From positions 1 to 59,159 of IMG/VR virus record IMGVR_UViG_3300044506_000022: a DNA stretch of 59,159 nt; one strand, 5' to 3'. Both the position numbers and the translations under genes were made by a program. Below, in pieces: positions 53,339-59,159 of the stretch (positions are counted from its first letter, which is position 1; each line of letters begins with the position of its first letter). The notes under the pieces are model-generated. The model ran no database searches. It had not been told where the DNA came from and saw nothing but the letters and a program-made list of their open reading frames with translations. The DNA comes from a virus. Taxonomy: Duplodnaviria > Caudoviricetes.

Positions 53339-55579
53339 TTAACTGTCATAAACAGTTGTACAGCGACATAATGGATGTCTTGGCAAACTCGGTACATCAT
53401 CAATATTAAATACTTTTTCGTGATCCCCTCGGCACGTTGGACATGTACGATTATCCACTACTGCCATATATTGAACTTTAGTGACTCCTGCTTCTTTATA
53501 GTTTGATAGATTAGAAGCATTGTAAGCGAATGATGTTTCAGTTACTGCTATCATCTCTGCTCGCCATTCTGGTACATCAAGAACACTTTGAATACGCGCC
53601 ATCCATTCTTTTAAGCTTTCGCTTTTTTCATAAGCTTGAGAGAGTTGTTTTGCTAATAGTTGCCTTGTTGTTTCTTCAATTCCTCGTATCCTCTCTCCTG
53701 CTGCTTGCTCTAAATCCTTTTTGACACCACTGTGTATGAATTTGAAATTGACATTTAATCCAGTTGGTTGCTCAAATGCAAAGTTACCTGAAGCGTAATA
53801 AGCTTTTAAAATAGCGTTATGAAGACTATAGTTTCCTTCTTCAATAACTGCTTTTCTAGCTTCGTCAAACGTCTTCAGTATCTTTTGTTCGACTAGTTCA
53901 TTCACCTTTGTTTTCTTATCCCCAGTTTTATCAACAATCACACAACAACCATCGTGTTCATGTTCCCATTCAAGTGGCGGTGCAGGATATTCAATCACGC
54001 TATCATGAATAGTCCTGAGTTTATCAATGCTTTGTATCTTCTTCTCTAACCCTTGTTTCTTCATTTCCTTGAAAACAGCTAAAAAAAAAGCTTTGACATC
54101 TTTCTTCAAAGATTGTTCAATGCTTTGGATTTTTTTACTATGAAGTGGATGGGATTCTTTACTATCCTTTATCGACTTATAAGCCGGTGCAGTTGATGGA
54201 TTTTCTGGATTAACCGCATTTCGATTTGTCTCTTGTTCTTTTCGCTCTTCATCCTCTTCAGCAACAACTTTTTCAAGTTCAGCTATTATAGCAGGTTCAT
54301 TTTCAATTCCCATATCTCGGCCAATGTAATTTAATCCAAACTCACGACTTATAATTGGATTTGGCTGAGAGCTTCTTAACTTAATCACGCGATCAATTTT
54401 CTTATCAACGTCTTCGTTGCTTGTACTAGACCACAAGAAGTTGTATTGCACTAAGTCTGGATTGATTCCTTGTAGTGTTAAGGCTAAGTCAAATATACTT
54501 CTTAGTCCACTAAAAGCTGAATCATCTCCATACTCAAGTAAGTCTCTTAATTCCTGTGTATCTTGCTCAAACTGTGCTTTTTGGTCTTCAACGATGTCAC
54601 GATTAACATTACGTCCAAAACCTAAAAGATGAAGTGGTACTCCTGTTCCAATCATGAGAAGTTCTTGTAAATGCTCTATATCTTTTATGTGATCTAGCTG
54701 AGCGTCACCGTTAAGGTCAGTAATACTAGTTAGACCGTTTCCAAAGTAATCAGATGTGATTGCTGCAAGTTTAGGATTATTTAGATTGTTTTCTTCCTTA
54801 TAAGTTTTAACATCATCCCAACTACCAGGATTGTCTTTGCTACCTACAGAATGCAATCGTCTAGGCACTGCCCTAGTTCTTCTACGAACAACCAAGTCTT
54901 CCTCAGTCATCGTCAGTTTTCTAAAGATTGAACGACAACTTAAATATTTGCTATTACCATATAGTTGGCCAGTTTCATGATCGTATCGAATGTGATTAAT
55001 AGCAAACAATGGAAAACGATTTAAGATTTCACGAGAGACTGGATCTATCTGTCTAAATGCATCTGCTAAATCATCAAATCGCCCTTGAATATTCTCGTTA
55101 CGTTGCATCGTTAGTGCAGGAAGGTTTTTAATATCTAGCACTTTCTTTGCGACTGGATCAACAATACAATTCAAAAAGAGCTCGCCATCTTTAGTAAGAG
55201 AACGAGCCCAAGGAGTTAATTTACTATTGATTTGTGTTTTTTGTAAAAGCTCAGTAATGATGAACTGTGCTTGTTCTGCAATCTTTTCATCTACGCTTTC
55301 CGATGGAATGATTTTTACATTCAATCCTCGCTGAATAGCTGTGCTTGCAAATACATGATTAGCACGTTTAAGTCGTGGATCACTCTTAATCATTACATCG
55401 ATTTCTTGTAAAGTAGCAATCTTTTCCCAGTTGATTCTAAATACATCATAATCAAAGAGGGTAGGTGATGTTTTACTAACATTCCCTTTGTCGTGTTCAG
55501 TTGTTTTATTGGCCCCTTCTGGAAGCCAATTCAGAAAGGATGAAAATATATATCGTAATCCATCTGAGACTTTTCCCAT
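53339..55579 (-). CDS. Portal protein fused to a Mu gpF-like minor head domain
   Basis: Follows terL; DGELF, HIR, GVP..LLG portal motifs; C-terminal RAEMIAVTE...DNRTCPTC...P.HPLCRC. Confidence 0.85.
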   Translation of the reverse strand: MGKVSDGLRYIFSSFLNWLPEGANKTTEHDKGNVSKTSPTLFDYDVFRINWEKIATLQEIDVMIKSDPRLKRANHVFASTAIQRGLNVKIIPSESVDEKIAEQAQFIITELLQKTQINSKLTPWARSLTKDGELFLNCIVDPVAKKVLDIKNLPALTMQRNENIQGRFDDLADAFRQIDPVSREILNRFPLFAINHIRYDHETGQLYGNSKYLSCRSIFRKLTMTEEDLVVRRRTRAVPRRLHSVGSKDNPGSWDDVKTYKEENNLNNPKLAAITSDYFGNGLTSITDLNGDAQLDHIKDIEHLQELLMIGTGVPLHLLGFGRNVNRDIVEDQKAQFEQDTQELRDLLEYGDDSAFSGLRSIFDLALTLQGINPDLVQYNFLWSSTSNEDVDKKIDRVIKLRSSQPNPIISREFGLNYIGRDMGIENEPAIIAELEKVVAEEDEERKEQETNRNAVNPENPSTAPAYKSIKDSKESHPLHSKKIQSIEQSLKKDVKAFFLAVFKEMKKQGLEKKIQSIDKLRTIHDSVIEYPAPPLEWEHEHDGCCVIVDKTGDKKTKVNELVEQKILKTFDEARKAVIEEGNYSLHNAILKAYYASGNFAFEQPTGLNVNFKFIHSGVKKDLEQAAGERIRGIEETTRQLLAKQLSQAYEKSESLKEWMARIQSVLDVPEWRAEMIAVTETSFAYNASNLSNYKEAGVTKVQYMAVVDNRTCPTCRGDHEKVFNIDDVPSLPRHPLCRCTTVYDS

Positions 55580-55597
55580 TGTTTCAACTCCTTTCTA

Positions 55598-56908
55598 TCA
55601 AAAAATGTCGTAAGAACTACTCATAATATCTTCGTATGAAGTTACAACAGGGTTGCTTGTAATAATTTTTTGTTTTAATCCAAATTCGTTATATATACCG
55701 TATCTAATAGAGTCCATTGCGTGATCATTAACCTTAAGTGGCTTATCTTCACCACGATTAACTGCTTTCTCGTCCCAGACATAGGACATGAATTCTTTGA
55801 TTGTATTTTTACAACTAGAATGAATGAAAAGTAATTTATTTTTTAATCGTTGACTAACGAATCGAATACCATTTAGAACATCATTGTTTGCTTTATGCAC
55901 AGTGATGATGTTTCTTTGTTTAATTTCAGCAATAAACGATGCAGCCGATGGATCTACCCACATATGAGTACAAGAATAACCTTCAATGAATTTTGTTAAA
56001 TCATCACAATACTGGCTATCCGTTTTTTGAACAGATGAAGCACGACCATCATAGTAATATTCTTTTATGCTTGTAGCTTCTTCACCGTTTACACCAAACA
56101 TGATAAAGCATGTAGGGTTTTGGGTTCCGTAATCACAAGATACATAATAATAGTCATATTGTTTTAATTCGTTTACAACATGTTCTTCTTCTCGAAACAT
56201 GTCATAAATAATACCTTCAGCAAGTACCCATAACCCCAAAATATATCGCTGATAAAAGATACCACTGTACATGCGTTTATATCTTTCTTTAACTTTTTCA
56301 GATAAAGAAAGATTGTCATCCATCGTGAAATGAATGTGCAGCATGTTCTTTTCTTCAAGTTGATTTAAATACTCAACTTTGAACCAGTGGTAAGGTCCGT
56401 TAGGGTTACAGTTAAACCATAACTTTGAACCTTCAACAGAACAACGAGCAGTTGCTTGGTTGACGAATGATTGAGGCATTAAAGCTACTTCATCAAAAAA
56501 CATTCCTGCAAGTGTAATCCCTTGGATTAAATCTTGAGATCCTTCATCTTTCCCACCAAACAAATAGAAAAAGTTTGTATGGCCTTTGAATCGTATCTCA
56601 AGCATATTCTCTGCTCGATGTTCTTTTACATAGTACTTTCTAGCTTGAAGCATTCGTTTCAGTGGTTTTACAACATTACGTCTTAATGAACCGATTGTCT
56701 TACCTGCTAAGCCAAAACTTTCATCATTAAATGTATCAGTTGCCCAAATAACAAAGGATAATGACATTACAATTGTTTTTCCGGCACGAACCGAACCGTC
56801 ACAAATGATTCCATCTTTATCTGGATGTTTTTTCCACCAGGTTAATATTTGTAATTGCTTTTTACTAAATGGTTTAAATTTAAAAGGAGCAGGTTTAAGT
56901 TTCTTCAT
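55598..56908 (-). CDS. terL: Terminase large subunit (PBSX-like)
   Basis: DGSVRAGKT, FFDEVAL, CNP..P.HWFK, DYGTQNP, VDPSA, DHAMD. Confidence 0.95.
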   Translation of the reverse strand: MKKLKPAPFKFKPFSKKQLQILTWWKKHPDKDGIICDGSVRAGKTIVMSLSFVIWATDTFNDESFGLAGKTIGSLRRNVVKPLKRMLQARKYYVKEHRAENMLEIRFKGHTNFFYLFGGKDEGSQDLIQGITLAGMFFDEVALMPQSFVNQATARCSVEGSKLWFNCNPNGPYHWFKVEYLNQLEEKNMLHIHFTMDDNLSLSEKVKERYKRMYSGIFYQRYILGLWVLAEGIIYDMFREEEHVVNELKQYDYYYVSCDYGTQNPTCFIMFGVNGEEATSIKEYYYDGRASSVQKTDSQYCDDLTKFIEGYSCTHMWVDPSAASFIAEIKQRNIITVHKANNDVLNGIRFVSQRLKNKLLFIHSSCKNTIKEFMSYVWDEKAVNRGEDKPLKVNDHAMDSIRYGIYNEFGLKQKIITSNPVVTSYEDIMSSSYDIF

Positions 56909-57761
56909 CCCAAACTTCCTCCGTTTTTCCTTCAAGTGCTTCTAAGAAACCATCATCTTCATACTCTTCTTCCTCATCGTCACCATTACGTTTCTTATTG
57001 ATTTTTAATTTCTCTTCTTCTATGCGACGTTTAAAGTTATCCGGGAATAGATCAAAGTAAAGAGATAGTTTTTCTAAAGCTTTCATTTTGTCTTCTAGCT
57101 TTATAGAAACTCCATCTTTGCCTTGTTTAACCTCTGATATTAACGTTCCATCTACTTCATCATAGTTTTTGAAATGAACATAATTGACTTCTGCTAATAC
57201 AGGGTTGCCATCTTTATCTTTGTCAACTTCTATTTGTTTTCTGCCGAATGAAAGGTAATCCGTAATATCAGAAAAGGCTATGTCGATGTACTTTTGTAAA
57301 ACAGCCCTAGCATCAAGAATTAATCCTTGATCACGCTCAGTTTTTAGTCGCTCAATTTCTTTTTTAATACTAGCATTTACTAGCATCCTACTCCCATTGG
57401 CATTTGCAGTAAAATAGTCACATTCATAAGCCTTTTGATAGGATTTAGTAGCGTTATAATATTTCATGTAATACATACAAAAAAGCCTTTGCTTTTCAGT
57501 GAGTTCATCACTTGGCAAAGACTCTTCATCAATGTTCTTATTAGGTACAGAATGAACCTTTTTCTTTTTGGTAACGTTCCTTTTCGGATTGGTAACGTTA
57601 CTATTCATTTGGTCATCCCATTTATCTTGATTTTTCCACTTTCTAATTTGAGTATCCTTTACTCCTAGTTGTTCAGCTATATCTTTTAATAGCATAGCTC
57701 CATTACTCTTTTTATACAGTTCAAATGCCTTATCTCGATTTGGACTACGTTCTCTCGGCAT
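56895..57761 (-). CDS. terS: Terminase small subunit
   Basis: MPRERSPNRDKAFE HTH, LTEKQRLFC..Y...NATK.Y..AY, DKMKALE.L. Confidence 0.92.
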   Translation of the reverse strand: MPRERSPNRDKAFELYKKSNGAMLLKDIAEQLGVKDTQIRKWKNQDKWDDQMNSNVTNPKRNVTKKKKVHSVPNKNIDEESLPSDELTEKQRLFCMYYMKYYNATKSYQKAYECDYFTANANGSRMLVNASIKKEIERLKTERDQGLILDARAVLQKYIDIAFSDITDYLSFGRKQIEVDKDKDGNPVLAEVNYVHFKNYDEVDGTLISEVKQGKDGVSIKLEDKMKALEKLSLYFDLFPDNFKRRIEEEKLKINKKRNGDDEEEEYEDDGFLEALEGKTEEVWDEET

Positions 57762-57818
57762 TACCACCACCTCATGTTAATCACTTATGTTATTTTCTAT
57801 ACTTCTTAATATTTAGCT

Positions 57819-57986
57819 TTACTTTAAAAACAAAATACTTATCAGGATATTGTCAAAATAATAATCTACAAGCCAATCTAAAGGTTTTATTCTGCGATTC
57901 GTTAACATATCTAGCACCACGAACGGAGTAATTGGTACTAATAATAAAATTAATAAAAACATCCACCACCAAGGTTTATCTAACAT
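57819..57986 (-). CDS. Small membrane protein, 55 aa, absent from ORF track
   Basis: MLDKPWWWMFLLILLLVP...; aggtga RBS. Confidence 0.45.
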   Translation of the reverse strand: MLDKPWWWMFLLILLLVPITPFVVLDMLTNRRIKPLDWLVDYYFDNILISILFLK

Positions 57987-58019
57987 TTCACTTCACCTAC
58001 CATTCAGTATATAGTCAGC

Positions 58020-59114
58020 TTAAACATAGTGTATTGATTCTAAATCTTGCTCACTAAATTCAAATAACATAAACCTTTTGTGAGCACCTATAAAACCCAT
58101 CGTTTTATGCCACTTATCCGTTTTATTTCTAGTTGCCAATGTACGAACCATCATGCCGAATACATCTTTAGCATCCTCAACGTGCCAGTGTCCGAAATGT
58201 AACTCACGTGTTTTCGCCTTACTCCACTCCACTGGAAACTCAATAGGGAATATGTTGTGTAAGTTCTTCCTGTTTTTATCACCGTGGCAAACTCCAACAA
58301 AGCACTCACCGAAAGTATGGACTTTTCTTTCTTCTAAACTATCATCATAGTTAACTTGTGGATATAATGCTTTTATAAATTGAACAAATGCCCAACTCAT
58401 CGAGTGATCGTGATTACCTGGCGAATAGATAACTTTTACTTTCTTGCCTTGTTTTAAACTCAATTCAATAATTGGTGCATAAAATTTGTGTGCATCATTC
58501 CATGCCTTTACTAAGTCAATTTCTCCTATCTGAGTCCCGTTTGCAGTCTGTCCTTTGAAGTTATCTGTATGCAATAAATCTTGCCCTAAAATAATTAATA
58601 CCTCTTCCCATTTCCTAGATAACAGCTTGTCCATTATTTTAGCTTGGGTAGACTTGTAATACTCATAATCAGATACACCAAAATGACTATCGAATAATGG
58701 TATTTCTAACATTCTTTTTTCTTTTATTTCTACTGGATCTACTTTGATTTGAATTGGTTGTATTTCTTTGATGGCTTCAATTAGTTGATTAATAGAGGAT
58801 TTATTCTTATCTATCCTTGCCCATACTCTCTCAATCTCTTGAGTTTGTGGGTTGTATTGTACCGTAGCTTTATTTGTTTTGTACTCTAATGCTAAATTAA
58901 CATCATGAAGGATCGTTTGGTCTTTGACGATTTTCTCATCAACTTTAACTTTCTTTACCCAACGATTCAACGATACTCTGAATGATACGATACTTTGCGA
59001 GCTACCTAATTCACTTACATAGTAAGCATAGATTTCTTCCAGGTTCTTACCTGCTAATTTAAGTGCGACACATTTTTGTTTAATGTCATATGGTATATGT
59101 GTGTATTGATTCAT
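58020..59114 (-). CDS. Calcineurin-like metallophosphoesterase
   Basis: DSHFG, GQDLLH, GNHD, HGD, GHWH motifs. Confidence 0.85.
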   Translation of the reverse strand: MNQYTHIPYDIKQKCVALKLAGKNLEEIYAYYVSELGSSQSIVSFRVSLNRWVKKVKVDEKIVKDQTILHDVNLALEYKTNKATVQYNPQTQEIERVWARIDKNKSSINQLIEAIKEIQPIQIKVDPVEIKEKRMLEIPLFDSHFGVSDYEYYKSTQAKIMDKLLSRKWEEVLIILGQDLLHTDNFKGQTANGTQIGEIDLVKAWNDAHKFYAPIIELSLKQGKKVKVIYSPGNHDHSMSWAFVQFIKALYPQVNYDDSLEERKVHTFGECFVGVCHGDKNRKNLHNIFPIEFPVEWSKAKTRELHFGHWHVEDAKDVFGMMVRTLATRNKTDKWHKTMGFIGAHKRFMLFEFSEQDLESIHYV

Positions 59115-59129
59115 TTCACCTCCACCTCG

Positions 59130-59159
59130 CTTGGTTTATTTTATATAAACAAGAATATT
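59130..59159. repeat. 30-bp terminal direct repeat (copy 2)
   Basis: Identical to 1-30. Confidence 0.95.

Overview
The window looks like a complete, circularly permuted ~59.1 kb genome of a temperate, contractile-tailed phage of a low-GC Bacillus-like spore-former. Bases 1-30 repeat exactly at 59130-59159, and a candidate attP is intact. Nearly all genes are on the minus strand. In transcription order, the lytic arm runs cro (19.6 kb), antirepressor, recombination (AAA ATPase/RecT/MBL nuclease), replication (initiator with internal iterons, DnaC-like loader), C5 methyltransferase, accessory genes, RusA and an ArpU-type late activator. The late operon then starts at a promoter near 580-650 and crosses the circular junction: groES, metallophosphoesterase, terS/terL, portal-gpF fusion, protease-scaffold-capsid polyprotein, neck, sheath/tube, tape measure, baseplate, fibres, lysis genes and an extra appendage-like module. 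An accessory region and a large serine integrase follow. Most notable: (1) an operon of ParM-like actin, ParR-like protein, two membrane/pilin-like proteins, a coupling-protein-like ATPase and two YolD-like paralogs, with no relaxase; (2) an unannotated 43-aa gene under a LexA box beside a repressor lacking a peptidase domain (candidate SOS antirepressor); (3) a CodY DNA-binding domain without its sensor domain; (4) sporulation-sigma-like promoters, one antisense to the helicase loader; (5) a recurring Asp|Ser motif suggesting an Asp-specific prohead protease. Family assignments come from motif recognition by eye; no searches were run.
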